Part shown: piece by piece, positions 25,158 through 25,292 of the stretch | Layout of the letters: every line of letters starts with the position of its first letter | Numbering within the stretch: the first letter of the stretch is position 1 | From: a virus | Lineage: Duplodnaviria > Caudoviricetes | Direction: 5' to 3' (one strand) | Virus record (IMG/VR): IMGVR_UViG_3300025653_000244 | Span: 1-25,292 of that record | DNA: 25,292 nucleotides | The notes under the pieces: model-generated | What the model was told of the DNA's origin: nothing | Databases searched by the model: none | The model's input: the letters and a program-made list of their open reading frames with translations, nothing else | Made by a program: the position numbers and the translations under genes

Positions 25158-25292
25158 TTGGATTGGTCACAGCTATCACGAACTTGGCAGGTACATGGGT
25201 CAGTGCCAAGGCGGAATCAACCAAAGCCACGGCAGAGGCGAAAGCCACCGCACTGAAAACAGCGGCCCAGTCCACAGCGGATTGGGAACGCA
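25154..25292 (+). CDS. Hypothetical protein, possibly holin-like, truncated at the window edge
   Basis: ATGA overlap with the previous gene. Reads MIGLVTAITNLAGTWVSAKAESTKATAEAKATALKTAAQSTADWER and is open to the end. Confidence 0.6.
   Translation, partial: MIGLVTAITNLAGTWVSAKAESTKATAEAKATALKTAAQSTADWER

Overview
A 25.3-kb segment of a tailed dsDNA podophage genome, probably lytic and aquatic. It has a T7-like replication module but no RNA polymerase or integrase in this window, and its architecture is reminiscent of SIO1/cobavirus-type (Zobellviridae-like) phages. Two arms diverge from a ~750-bp non-coding region (10717-11474). The minus-strand arm carries small early genes, an HhH-GPD glycosylase-like protein, a GcrA-like HTH protein, primase-helicase, PolA, SSB, 5'-3' exonuclease, resolvase, metallophosphoesterase, DUF3310 and a partial class I nrdA that the ORF track missed. 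The plus-strand arm carries a putative TerS, lysozyme, TerL, portal, scaffold, major capsid, tail fibre/tail proteins and membrane proteins. The most striking unexplained signal is a regulatory architecture on the early arm. A perfect 14-bp palindrome, TTAGTCATGACTAA, occurs six times: three copies are centred on start codons, one overlaps an RBS and two sit in a tandem repeat. Two near-identical sigmaE/AlgU-type promoters (GGAACTT-N16-TC(T/A)(A/T)A) each carry an internal dyad and a leader hairpin, and a Fur-box-like site lies next to the first. Middle and late genes instead have near-consensus sigma70 promoters. A tail-protein gene also appears split by an in-frame amber codon. All calls come from reading motifs by eye; no database searches were run.
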